Assembly (NCBI GenBank): GCA_965116905.1
Contig: OZ220732.1
Location: 800,001 to 864,000, forward strand
Reading direction: 5' to 3'
Source: Longimicrobiales bacterium
GTDB lineage: Bacteria > Gemmatimonadota > Gemmatimonadetes > Longimicrobiales > Gaopeijiaceae
DNA length: 64,000 nucleotides
Position 1 is the first letter of the stretch. Every line of letters starts with the position of its first letter. The notes beneath the pieces are model-generated. The model saw only the letters and a list, made by a program, of their open reading frames with translations. It made no database searches and was not told where the DNA came from. Shown one piece after another: positions 53,653 through 63,211 of this stretch. Position numbers and translations under genes: made by a program.

Positions 53653-54447
53653 TCACATCCCCGGAGGCGTGAACCTTCCGTCGATCGCCGTCCAGCCGCC
53701 GTCGGCGAAGAGCACGGCCCCGGTCACGTAGCTTGCCGCGTCGGAAGCGAGAAAGACCGTCGGCCCGGCCATCTCCCGCGCGCTCCCCCAGCGCCCGAGA
53801 ATGTTGCCCTCTGCGTAGGCACGGTACCACTCCGGCCGGTCCTTGATCGGTGCCGTGAGCGGCGTGTCGATGACCCCCGGCGCCATGGCGTTGACGCGCA
53901 CCCCGTACGGCCCCAGTTCGGCGGCCGCCGCGCGGACCATCTGCACGATGCCCGCCTTGGTGGCCGCGTACATGCTCTGGCCCGGCTCGACGACGACCGA
54001 CCGGACCGAACTGAAGAGGACGATCGACCCGCTCCCCTGCTCCCGCATGATCCGCCCGGCGGACTGGATGACGTGCGCACCGCCCTTGAGGTTCAGGCCG
54101 AGCACGCGGTCGATCTCGTCGTCGGTGTAGTCGAGGAGGGGCTTGCGCACGTTCACGCCGGGGGTGCACACGACGACGTCCAGCGACCCGTGATCGGCCG
54201 CGATCGCCTCGAACGCGGCGGTGACGGCGGGCCCGTCGAGGATGTCGAGCTGCGCGCTGGTTGCCCGGGCGTCCTTCGCACCCGCGCGAATCGCCTCCGC
54301 CGTCGTCGCGGCGCCTTCCGGGTCCAGGTCGAGGCAGTGCACGCGCGCGCCGGCCTCCGCGCATCCGATCGCGACCGCCTCTCCAATGCCGGAGCCGGCA
54401 CCCGCCACGGCGGCGTTGCGCCCCGCCAGGCTGAACATGGAACTCAT
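53653..54447 (-). CDS. SDR family oxidoreductase
   Basis: GAGSGIG, YAATK, VRVNAMAPG and DGGW. Confidence 0.9.
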   Translation of the reverse strand: MSSMFSLAGRNAAVAGAGSGIGEAVAIGCAEAGARVHCLDLDPEGAATTAEAIRAGAKDARATSAQLDILDGPAVTAAFEAIAADHGSLDVVVCTPGVNVRKPLLDYTDDEIDRVLGLNLKGGAHVIQSAGRIMREQGSGSIVLFSSVRSVVVEPGQSMYAATKAGIVQMVRAAAAELGPYGVRVNAMAPGVIDTPLTAPIKDRPEWYRAYAEGNILGRWGSAREMAGPTVFLASDAASYVTGAVLFADGGWTAIDGRFTPPGM

Positions 54448-54473
54448 TCCATCTCTCCCTCGATGAGACGACA

Positions 54474-54507
54474 TTGCGTAAACTGGAGTTTGCGTAAACT
54501 GGAGTTT
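54474..54507. repeat. 16-bp exact tandem duplication in a divergent promoter region
   Basis: TTGCGTAAACTGGAGT x2. Confidence 0.92.
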
Positions 54508-54556
54508 ATCATGGGGAACCAATCTACCCAACCGGAACACACGGAAGGGCACCAGG

Positions 54557-55879
54557 GTGCCTCCGGCGTCTAGCCGGCGGCCGGGCAGGCCTGAGCAACG
54601 ACCGGGCAGGGCCGCCCTCATCGACCGCGTCCTGCAGCAGGCCGAGGCCGCCCGGGACGAGATCGTCGAGTTCACGGCTGGCCTCATTCGCATCCCCACG
54701 GTCAATCCGCCGGGGGACTACTACCGCGAGTGCGCGGAAGTGATCCACGGGCGGCTGCGGGAGGCCGGGATGGCCGTCCAGTACGTAGCGGCGGAGGGTC
54801 TGCCCGAGCACACCGCAAAGTATCCGCGCATCAACGTGGTGGGGCGAAGCGGCGATGCCGGCGCACGGCCGCGGATGCACCTGAACGGCCACTTCGACGT
54901 GGTTCCGCCGGGCGATGACTGGTCAGTCGATCCGTTCGGCGGACTCGTGCGCGACGGACGCATCTACGGGCGCGGCGCCTCCGACATGAAGTCGGGGATC
55001 GCGGCGGCGGTCTTCGCGGTGGAAGCCATTCGCAGGGCCGGCGTGCGGCTGCGCGGCGGGGTCGACGTCAGCGCGACCGTGGACGAGGAGAGCGGCGGCT
55101 TCGCCGGCGTGGCCCATCTTTGCGAAGCTGGAGTGATCTCGGCAGAGAATACGGACTTCGCGATCATCCCCGAGCCCTTCGGACCGACGCGCGTCTGTGT
55201 GGGACACCGAGGCGTGTACTGGTTCGACGTCGTCGCCCACGGCCACACCGCGCACGGCAGCATGAGCCATCTGGGCCGGAGCGCCATCGACGACATGGGC
55301 GCGCTGCTGGAGGCCTTCCGCACGCAGCTCGGTCCCGACCTCGCCGTCCGCCTCTCGGAACTGCCCGTCGTGCCGGAGCCATCGCGCCGACCCTCGCTCA
55401 ACGTCAACGCCATCATCGGCGGCCAGGCGGACGAGTCTTCCCAGTCGCCCTGCGTCGCGGACCGCTGCGCGGCCACCTTCGACCGGCGGTTCATCCCCGA
55501 GGAGCCGTTCGAGGAGGTGCGGGACGAGATCGTCCGCCTCGTGAAGGCCGTCGAAGCGGCGGAGCCGGGACGCCGCTTCACGATCGAGGACCGCATGACC
55601 GTGCACCCCACCTGGGCGCCGCGGGGCTCCCCGCTGGTGGCGGCGCTGTCAGCGGCGGTGCGGACCGTGACCGGCGCGGATGCCCGGCAGGTGGCCAGCC
55701 CCGGCACGTACGACCAGAAGCACTTCGCGCGGATCGCGGGGGTCGAACATTGCGTGGCCTACGGACCCGGCCCGCTCGAGGAGGCGCACCAGCCGGACGA
55801 ATCCTGCTCGATCACCGACATCGTGGCGAGCACGCAGGTGATGGCGTTGACGGTGCTGGAACTGGTGGGGCCGCCATGA
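54557..55879 (+). CDS. ArgE/DapE-like M20 deacylase
   Basis: NGHFDVVP, YGRGASDMK, DEESGG, IPEP, AHGS and AHQPDE. Confidence 0.88.
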   Translation: MPPASSRRPGRPEQRPGRAALIDRVLQQAEAARDEIVEFTAGLIRIPTVNPPGDYYRECAEVIHGRLREAGMAVQYVAAEGLPEHTAKYPRINVVGRSGDAGARPRMHLNGHFDVVPPGDDWSVDPFGGLVRDGRIYGRGASDMKSGIAAAVFAVEAIRRAGVRLRGGVDVSATVDEESGGFAGVAHLCEAGVISAENTDFAIIPEPFGPTRVCVGHRGVYWFDVVAHGHTAHGSMSHLGRSAIDDMGALLEAFRTQLGPDLAVRLSELPVVPEPSRRPSLNVNAIIGGQADESSQSPCVADRCAATFDRRFIPEEPFEEVRDEIVRLVKAVEAAEPGRRFTIEDRMTVHPTWAPRGSPLVAALSAAVRTVTGADARQVASPGTYDQKHFARIAGVEHCVAYGPGPLEEAHQPDESCSITDIVASTQVMALTVLELVGPP

Positions 55880-55924
55880 CCATGGGAAGGGAGGTCGGCC
55901 GCGGTGCGCGGGGCCGACCGGCCA

Positions 55925-57982
55925 TCAGGTCCCGGATTGGGTCGCCGCTCTCCCGTCATCGTGGGTGCCCCAGCGCTCGAACCACTTCCGCAGGTAGAGC
56001 TGAGTGCGCAGGAAGTTCGAAGGGATTCGCGACGTGCCGTGCCACTCGCCCTGGAAGCGCAGCATCGCCGTCGGCTTCTTCTGCGCCTTGAGCGCCTGGT
56101 AGAACTGTTCGGTCTGCGACATCGGCGTGCGGAGGTCGAGCTCACCGGTCATCAGCATGGTCGGCGTGGTCACGTTGCCGACGTACATGATCGGAGAGCG
56201 CCGGATGTGCTCGCTCGGGTCTTCCCAGGGAAAGCGCTCGAAGTCCGCGTACCAGCGCAGCGGGTTCCCGTCGACCTCGCCGGGAAAGGCCAGCCAGTTG
56301 GTCACAGGGCAGTTCGACGAGGCCGCGCGGAAGCGGTCGGTGTGTCCCACGACCCAGGCGGTGAGCACGCCGCCACCCGAGCAGCCGTAGACGAACATGT
56401 TCGCCTCGTCCACGTAGCCGTGCGAGATCAGCTCGTCCACGCTGGACATGAGGTCGTGGAAGTCGTGGTTCGGGTAGTCGTACTGGATCGCGTTGCCGAA
56501 CTCGGTGCCGTACCCGGAGCTTCCGCGCGGATTGGTGTAGAGCACGACGTAGCCGTTGGCCGCGTGTTCCTGCCAGGCGAAGTTGAAGCCCCCGTTGTAC
56601 ATGCCGTGGGGTCCGCCGTGGATGACGAGCATCATCGGGTAGCTGATCCCCGGGCGGAAGCCGGGCGGCTTGATGACCCAGCCGTGGATCGGCAGTCCGT
56701 CGTGAGACGACTCCGCCCAGATCTGTTCCACTTCTCCCAGGGTCACCCCGGCCAGCACGTCCGCGTTGACGTCCGTGAGGCGGGTGCGCTGCTGCGGCCG
56801 GTCCACGGGGAAGGCGTAGACATCGCCCGGCTCGTGGGCGTCGCCCCACGTCCCCACCGCCATGCCACCCGCGCTGACGTCGTTCAGCGAGAACATCTGC
56901 GGACCTTCGCTCGCGGCGCGCACCTCGCCGTCGATCGACGCGTACATGATGTTTGCGTAGCCATCGGCCTGGACGTTGAAGTAGACGCCTCCGCCATCCG
57001 GCGCCCACTGCAGGCCGCGCGGGGTACGGTCGAGCTCGGTGGTGAGCGCCCTCGGGTTCGAGCCGTCGGCATTCATCACGTAGAGCGTGGACTCGATGTA
57101 GTCGAAGGTGGTCGTGTCGTGACCGACGTATGCGATCATGCTTCCGTCGGGTGAGGGTGCCGGCGCTCCGTCCGGCCCCTTGCGCGCGGTCACCTGGCGC
57201 AACTCGCCCGAATCGACGCCGAGCCTGTAGACTTCGCTCTCCTGCCACCTGTAAAGCGCGTCGTCTTCGATCAGGCCGCTGAAGAGAAGGGTCTCGCCGT
57301 TGGGCTCCCAGACGGGCATCCCGTAGTTGTGGTCCCCGGCGGTGAGCTGTCGCGGCGTGCCCCCGTCTGCCGGCACGACGAAGATGTGGCGGAAGTTCTC
57401 GTCGAGGAATCCGACGCGGTCCTGGCGGTAGACAAGGCTCTCGATGATGCGGGGCCCGGGGGTCCAGTCGGCGCCCTCCGGCGTCGGCAGCGACACCTGC
57501 CAGTGGCGCGCGCTGGGGTTTTCGGCGGGGACGCTCATGGTGAACGCCAGCCGTGTTCCGTCGGGCGACCACTCCGGGGCGGAGGGGCTCTCTTCGACCC
57601 GGGTGACCTGCGTTACCGCGCCTTCGGCGTCCATCCAGCGCACGAAGATCTGCGTGTTGCCCGCCTCGTCGTCGGCCAGGAAGGCGATTCGGTCGCCGTT
57701 GGGCGACCAGCGCGGCGAGGCACCCGCGATCAGGTTGCGGGGACGCGACCCGTCCGAATCTACGATATGGATCGACGACTCCCAGCGGTCGTTGATCCTG
57801 TCGACCCACCCGCGCGTGTAGACGACGGCGGATCCGTCGGGCGAGATCCTGGGGTCCGAGACGCGCTCCCAGTCGAGCCAGGTCTCGAGGGTGAGGGGGG
57901 TGGGGGCCTGAGCACGGGCAGACTCGGGGACGGCCGCGGCGAATACGGCGACGAATACGACGGCGGGGACCATGGCCTTCAT
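55925..57982 (-). CDS. Secreted S9 family serine peptidase
   Basis: Signal peptide, WSPDG propeller repeats, IHGGPH, GCSGGG nucleophile elbow, GELDLRTP and GEWH. Confidence 0.92.
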   Translation of the reverse strand: MKAMVPAVVFVAVFAAAVPESARAQAPTPLTLETWLDWERVSDPRISPDGSAVVYTRGWVDRINDRWESSIHIVDSDGSRPRNLIAGASPRWSPNGDRIAFLADDEAGNTQIFVRWMDAEGAVTQVTRVEESPSAPEWSPDGTRLAFTMSVPAENPSARHWQVSLPTPEGADWTPGPRIIESLVYRQDRVGFLDENFRHIFVVPADGGTPRQLTAGDHNYGMPVWEPNGETLLFSGLIEDDALYRWQESEVYRLGVDSGELRQVTARKGPDGAPAPSPDGSMIAYVGHDTTTFDYIESTLYVMNADGSNPRALTTELDRTPRGLQWAPDGGGVYFNVQADGYANIMYASIDGEVRAASEGPQMFSLNDVSAGGMAVGTWGDAHEPGDVYAFPVDRPQQRTRLTDVNADVLAGVTLGEVEQIWAESSHDGLPIHGWVIKPPGFRPGISYPMMLVIHGGPHGMYNGGFNFAWQEHAANGYVVLYTNPRGSSGYGTEFGNAIQYDYPNHDFHDLMSSVDELISHGYVDEANMFVYGCSGGGVLTAWVVGHTDRFRAASSNCPVTNWLAFPGEVDGNPLRWYADFERFPWEDPSEHIRRSPIMYVGNVTTPTMLMTGELDLRTPMSQTEQFYQALKAQKKPTAMLRFQGEWHGTSRIPSNFLRTQLYLRKWFERWGTHDDGRAATQSGT

Positions 57983-58078
57983 GGAAGACCTCCTGCGATG
58001 CGGGCAAATGCGGGAACCGGCCTCAAGATGGGGCGGCCGGCGGCAATTGGACAGCAGGGCGCCTTTGTCGGCGGGCTG

Positions 58079-59497
58079 CTAAACGTGCAGCGCCCTCCCC
58101 AGCGCGCCGAGCGCGCCTTCCGCCACCGCCTCCGACAGCGTCGGGTGCGGGTGCATCGCCAGGTCGATCTCCTCGACGGTCGACTCCAGGTGCCGGGCCA
58201 TCACGAACTCGGCGATGAGTTCGGTGGCGTGAGGCCCGACGATATGCGCGCCAACGACCTCCGAGTAGCGCTTGTCGCGGATCACCTTGACGAAGCCGGT
58301 GGCGTCGCCGGCGGCCAGCGCGCGTCCGTTGCCCACCCACGGGAACTTCCCGACCTCGATGTCGAGCCCCTTTTCGCGCGCCTGTTCCTCGGTGAGGCCC
58401 ACCGACGCCACCTCGGGGTGACAGTAGGTGCAGTTGGGGACATTGCCGTAGTCGACGGTGTGGTGTCCGACGCCCGCAATATGCTCCGCCGCGACAACGC
58501 CCTCGTGCATCCCCTTGTGGGCCAGCAGCTGCTCGCCCGCGCAGTCGCCGACCGCCCACACGCCCGAAACGTTGGTCCGCATGGTCTCGTCTACCGCGAC
58601 GAATCCGCCGCGATCGGTCAGCTTTACGCCCGCCGCCTCGGCACCGATGTCTTCCGTATTCGGAATCCGCCCGACCGCGGACAGGACGTAGTCGACATCG
58701 AGCGTGTGCGCCTTTCCGCGCTTGTCCGTGAACGAGATCGTGACCCCGTCCTCCCGCGCTTCCGTGCTCTCGACGCGGGCACTGGTGAAGATGTCCATCT
58801 TCCGCTTCTTGAACGCCTGGGCAACCGCGCGTGAAGCGTCCTTGTCCTCGAGCGGCAGGACCCGATCGAGGGCCTCGATGACCGTCACCTTCGACCCGTA
58901 GGCGTTGTAGATGTCGGCGAACTCCATGCCGACGGCACCCGCGCCCACGATGACGAGCGTCTCTGGAGCCTTGTCCTGAAAAAGGGCACCGGTCGAGGAC
59001 CAGATCCGCTCTTCGTCGATCTGGAGGAACGGAAGGCTCCGCGGCCGCGATCCCGTCGCGATGATGATGTCCTTCGCCGTGATCGAGCGCCTGTCCCCGT
59101 CGTTCTCGACCTCGACCACCCCTCCGCCCGCCAGGCGTCCGTACCCCTCGATGTGCTCGACCTTGTTCTTCTTGAGAAGGAAGCCCACGCCGTTGGAAAG
59201 GCGGTTTGCGACCTGTCGGCTCCGCGCCTGGGCCGGCCCGAGGTCGACCGTGAGCCCCTCGAAGGCGATGCCGTGTCCGTCCGCCTTCTTGAGTTCATTG
59301 ACCATCAGGGCGCTGCTCAACAGCGCCTTGGTCGGGATGCAGCCGACGTTGAGACACACGCCGCCGAGCTTGTCGGCCTCTACGCACGCGGCCTTCAGCC
59401 CCAGCTGGCCCGCGCGGATCGCCGCAACGTAGCCGCCGGGGCCGCCGCCGATGACGATGACGTCGAAGTCGGTCCTGTTCTGTGAATTGCCTGCCAA
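58079..59497 (-). CDS. lpdA: Dihydrolipoyl dehydrogenase (E3)
   Basis: GGGPGGY, GGVCLNVGCIPTK, GAGAVGME and HPHPTLSE. Confidence 0.95.
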   Translation of the reverse strand: MAGNSQNRTDFDVIVIGGGPGGYVAAIRAGQLGLKAACVEADKLGGVCLNVGCIPTKALLSSALMVNELKKADGHGIAFEGLTVDLGPAQARSRQVANRLSNGVGFLLKKNKVEHIEGYGRLAGGGVVEVENDGDRRSITAKDIIIATGSRPRSLPFLQIDEERIWSSTGALFQDKAPETLVIVGAGAVGMEFADIYNAYGSKVTVIEALDRVLPLEDKDASRAVAQAFKKRKMDIFTSARVESTEAREDGVTISFTDKRGKAHTLDVDYVLSAVGRIPNTEDIGAEAAGVKLTDRGGFVAVDETMRTNVSGVWAVGDCAGEQLLAHKGMHEGVVAAEHIAGVGHHTVDYGNVPNCTYCHPEVASVGLTEEQAREKGLDIEVGKFPWVGNGRALAAGDATGFVKVIRDKRYSEVVGAHIVGPHATELIAEFVMARHLESTVEEIDLAMHPHPTLSEAVAEGALGALGRALHV

Positions 59498-59558
59498 GGG
59501 GAACCTCTCTTGAGGGTGTGATTCCGGGGCCGCGCCGGGCAGCCCGTGGAAAGCTAAC

Positions 59559-60926
59559 CTAGCGGCCCTCCGCCAGGTCGGCCCGATGGACTTCGCCGCC
59601 CTTCATCACCCACATCACCCGCTCGAGCGCGGTGATGTCGTCGAGCGGGTTACCGGGAACCGCAATGATGTCGGCGTACTTCCCGGCCTCCAGCGCACCG
59701 ACGTCCGCCTCCCAGCCCATGATCATGGCCGAGACGCTCGTCGCCGAGGTGATCGCGTCCATTTCACTCTCGCCGATCTCGACCCGGATCTGGAATTCTC
59801 GGGCGTTGTGGCCGTGCTCGAAGACGCCCGCGTCGGTGCCGAACCCGATGGTCAGGCCGGCTTCCAGAGCGCGGCGGAAGGTGGCGTTGCGGTAGCGCAT
59901 CATCTCGACAGACCGCTGGATCAGTGGCTCGGGTATGCCGAGGGCCGCCCCGTCGCGCGGGACGATCACGCCCACGTACAGCGTCGGGACGTAGTACGTG
60001 TGGTCGCTCTCCTGCAACATCGCGATCGCCTCGTCGTCGAGCATCGAGCCGTGGTCGACCGTGCGGACGCCGGCGCGGATCGCCGCCTTGATCCCCTCGG
60101 TGCCGTGCGCGTGCGCGGCGGTGAAGCGGCCCCAGCGGTTCGTCTCCTCGACGGCCACCACCAACTCCTCGTCCGAGTACTGCTGCGCCCCGGGAGGCAG
60201 CCCCTGCGACAGCACCGCGCCCGTGGCCAGGATCTTGGTGAAGTCGGCGCCGTTCTTGTGGTTGGTGCGGACGGCCGCCCTCACCGCGTCCACCCCGTCG
60301 GCGAGGTTCTGCACGGTGGGCACGTCCACGTAGATCGAGAACTGGCGCGCGTCGCCGGCGCCTCCCGTGGCAGAGACGTAGTTGCCGGCCACCTGCATGC
60401 GCGGTCCGGGAACCACGCCCGCGTTGATGGCGTCCCGAAGGTCCACGTCGGTGTAGGACCAGGTGGGGCCCATGTCGCGCACCGTGGTGAAGCCGGCGCG
60501 CAGGGTGGTGAGCGCGTTCGCCGCACCGTAGAGCGCCGCCTGGGCCGGGGTGGTCGTGATCAGGACCTCTTCCCAGTGCGTGCCGACCTTGTCGGTAAGG
60601 TGCGTGTGCAGGTCGATCAGGCCGGGAAGGATGGTGGCGTCGCCCAGGTCGACGACGATGTCGCCCGACAAGGTGCTCCCCTCGGAGCCCACCGCGACAA
60701 TCCGGTCGCCTGCGACGACGACCGCGCCGGGCTCGACGAGGTTGCCCCTCCCGTCGATCAGGCGGTCCGCGCGGATCAGGGTGTGATCCTGCGCCTGGGC
60801 GGACGCGGCGGCCGGCTGCGCCACGGTTGCCGCCGCCAGTAGGAGGACAGCCACGGCGAAGCCGCGGAGCGCCCGCACACGTAAAGCCCGCGCGAGCAAA
60901 CGGTGACTGGGCCGACGAGGACTCAT
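59559..60926 (-). CDS. Secreted amidohydrolase-superfamily protein (Xaa-Pro dipeptidase-like)
   Basis: LPGLIDLHTH, GFTTVRD, AHAHG, DHG and FGTDAG. Confidence 0.88.
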   Translation of the reverse strand: MSPRRPSHRLLARALRVRALRGFAVAVLLLAAATVAQPAAASAQAQDHTLIRADRLIDGRGNLVEPGAVVVAGDRIVAVGSEGSTLSGDIVVDLGDATILPGLIDLHTHLTDKVGTHWEEVLITTTPAQAALYGAANALTTLRAGFTTVRDMGPTWSYTDVDLRDAINAGVVPGPRMQVAGNYVSATGGAGDARQFSIYVDVPTVQNLADGVDAVRAAVRTNHKNGADFTKILATGAVLSQGLPPGAQQYSDEELVVAVEETNRWGRFTAAHAHGTEGIKAAIRAGVRTVDHGSMLDDEAIAMLQESDHTYYVPTLYVGVIVPRDGAALGIPEPLIQRSVEMMRYRNATFRRALEAGLTIGFGTDAGVFEHGHNAREFQIRVEIGESEMDAITSATSVSAMIMGWEADVGALEAGKYADIIAVPGNPLDDITALERVMWVMKGGEVHRADLAEGR

Positions 60927-60933
60927 GGTTTCC

Positions 60934-62220
60934 CTAAATGAGGATCGCCGCGGGCTCCTCGAGGAAGGACTTCAGCGTGGCCAGGAAGCGGGCTCCCTGG
61001 GCACCGTCGATCACCCGGTGGTCGCAGCTCATCGTGATTCGCATTCGCGGCTGCACGACCACCTGGCCGTCCTCCACCACGGGCCGGTCCTCGACCGCGC
61101 CCACCGCGATGATCCCCGCCTCGGGCGGGTTGATGACCGCCGTGAACTCCTCGATCCCGAACATCCCCAGGTTGGAGATGGAGAAGGTGGACCCGGTGTA
61201 TTCGTGCGGCTGCAGCTTCTTCTCCCGCGCGCGCCCCGCGAGTTCGCGGATTTCGGTGCTGATCCGGCCCAGTCCCTTGGCGTGGGCGTCCCGCACGACC
61301 GGAGTGATCAGGCCGTCCGGAACGGCCACCGCGACGCCCATGTGAACCCGGTTGAAGCGGCGGATGGAATCGCCCTGCCACCACGCGTTGCAGTCCGGAT
61401 GGTGGGTAAGGGCGACAGCGGCCGCCTTGATGACCATGTCGTTGAGCGACGCCTTCGCGCCCTGCGCGGCCAGCAGCTCGTTCACTCTGGCGCGCGCCTG
61501 CAGTGCGCGGGTCATGTCGATGTCCACCGTCAGGAAGAAGTGGGGCACGGGCCCGAGCGATTCCGCGAGACGGCGCGCGACCGTCTTTCTCATCTGGGTC
61601 AGCGGCACGTCCACGAACTCCGTGTCCGGAAGCTCCGGTGTGACCACGGGCGCGACGGCGGGCACGGGCGCCGCGGCCGCCGCCTCGACATCGCGCTTGA
61701 TCACGCGACCGTTGGGACCCGACCCCTGCAGCGCGGCGATGTCCACGCCCAACTCGCCGGCGAGCCTGCGCGCGACCGGCGAGGCCTTGATCCGGCCCGT
61801 GGTGGCCGCCGGGGTCGCGGTGGCTTCCGCCGCGGGCTGGGTCGGGGCTGGGGGTGGCGCCACGGCCGGGGTCGTTGTCTCGGCCCGGGCCGGCGCGTCT
61901 TCGGGCGCCGTCGCCGCGGCGGCCTCCGCCGCTGCCGGCTCCGCGCTCCCCGCCGACGCCACCAGCGCGGCGATGTCCTCGTTCTCCGCCCCGATGACCG
62001 CGATCACGTCGCCGACGGGCGCCGTCGCGCCTTCACCCACGAAGACCTTCCTCAGCACGCCCTCGCCACGCGCCACCAGTTCCATCGTGGCCTTGTCGGT
62101 CTCGATCTCGGCCAGGATGTCACCCTGCGCGACCGCGTCGCCCTCGCCCTTCAGCCACTTGACGACCTGCCCCTCTTCCATCGTGGGCGAGAGCGCCTCC
62201 ATGTGGACCTTGGTTGCCAT
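60934..62220 (-). CDS. pdhC: Pyruvate dehydrogenase E2, dihydrolipoamide acetyltransferase
   Basis: LSPTMEEG, EIETDKATME (lipoyl domain), ASPVARRLA (E3 binding), SNLGMFG and DHRVIDG. Confidence 0.95.
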   Translation of the reverse strand: MATKVHMEALSPTMEEGQVVKWLKGEGDAVAQGDILAEIETDKATMELVARGEGVLRKVFVGEGATAPVGDVIAVIGAENEDIAALVASAGSAEPAAAEAAAATAPEDAPARAETTTPAVAPPPAPTQPAAEATATPAATTGRIKASPVARRLAGELGVDIAALQGSGPNGRVIKRDVEAAAAAPVPAVAPVVTPELPDTEFVDVPLTQMRKTVARRLAESLGPVPHFFLTVDIDMTRALQARARVNELLAAQGAKASLNDMVIKAAAVALTHHPDCNAWWQGDSIRRFNRVHMGVAVAVPDGLITPVVRDAHAKGLGRISTEIRELAGRAREKKLQPHEYTGSTFSISNLGMFGIEEFTAVINPPEAGIIAVGAVEDRPVVEDGQVVVQPRMRITMSCDHRVIDGAQGARFLATLKSFLEEPAAILI

Positions 62221-62233
62221 TGCTTCGCTTCTC

Positions 62234-63211
62234 TCAGAGGTAAAGCACGCGCTTGCACGCATCCACGACGGCCCGGGCGCTCGGCTTGGCGAGCTGCTCC
62301 AGGTTCTTGGCGTACGGCATCGGCACGTCCGCCTGGGTCACGCGAACCACGGGCGCGTCGAGCTCGTCGAAGGCCTCGTCCTGAATCAGGGCCACGATCT
62401 GCGCACCCACGCCGGCAAAGGGCCACCCCTCTTCGAGGTAGACCACCCTGTTCGTGCGCGCCACGCTCTCGAGGATGGCGTCCACGTCCAGCGGCCGGAG
62501 CGAGCGCAGGTCCAGAACATCGGCCTCGATCTCCTCACGGGCCAGCGCGGTCGCGGCCTGCAGCGCCACATGCACCATCTTGCCGTGCGTCACAATGCTC
62601 ACATCGTCGCCCGAGCGCTTCCGGTCGGCCACGCCCAGGGGAATCACGTATTCATCGTCGGGCACCTCGCCCCGCACGTTGTAGAGCAGCTCGCCCTCCA
62701 TCACGGCGACCGGATCGTCGTCACGGATCGCGGCCGCGAGCAGCCCCTTGGCGTCGGCGGGAGTGGCCGGGGTCACCAGCTTCACTCCGGGCGCGTGCAC
62801 ATAGTAGGTCTCGCAAGCCTGTGAGTGCTGGGCCGAGAGCTGAAGAGCCGCCCCGGTCGGCCCCCGGAAGACGATCGGCACGGGCACCTGGCCGTTCGTC
62901 ATGTACAGCATCTTCGCCGCGCTGTTGATCACCTGGTCGAGCGCGAGGATCGAGAAGTTGAAGGTCATGAATTCACAGATCGGGCGCAGGCCGGCCATCG
63001 CCGCGCCCACGCACAGCCCGGCGAAGCCCAGCTCGCTGATCGGGGAATCCACGACGCGCCGGTCGCCGTAGCGTTCCAGCATGCCTCGCGAGACCTTGTA
63101 GGCGCCGTCGTATTCCGCCACTTCCTCGCCCATGAGAAAGACCGAGTCGTCCCGGTCCATCTCCTGGCACATCGCGGCGTTGAGGGCCTCCCGGTAGGTG
63201 AGCTCAGCCAT
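62234..63211 (-). CDS. pdhB: Pyruvate dehydrogenase E1 beta subunit
   Basis: GEEVAEYDGAYKVS, DSPISE, EFMTFNF and AQHSQ. Confidence 0.95.
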   Translation of the reverse strand: MAELTYREALNAAMCQEMDRDDSVFLMGEEVAEYDGAYKVSRGMLERYGDRRVVDSPISELGFAGLCVGAAMAGLRPICEFMTFNFSILALDQVINSAAKMLYMTNGQVPVPIVFRGPTGAALQLSAQHSQACETYYVHAPGVKLVTPATPADAKGLLAAAIRDDDPVAVMEGELLYNVRGEVPDDEYVIPLGVADRKRSGDDVSIVTHGKMVHVALQAATALAREEIEADVLDLRSLRPLDVDAILESVARTNRVVYLEEGWPFAGVGAQIVALIQDEAFDELDAPVVRVTQADVPMPYAKNLEQLAKPSARAVVDACKRVLYL

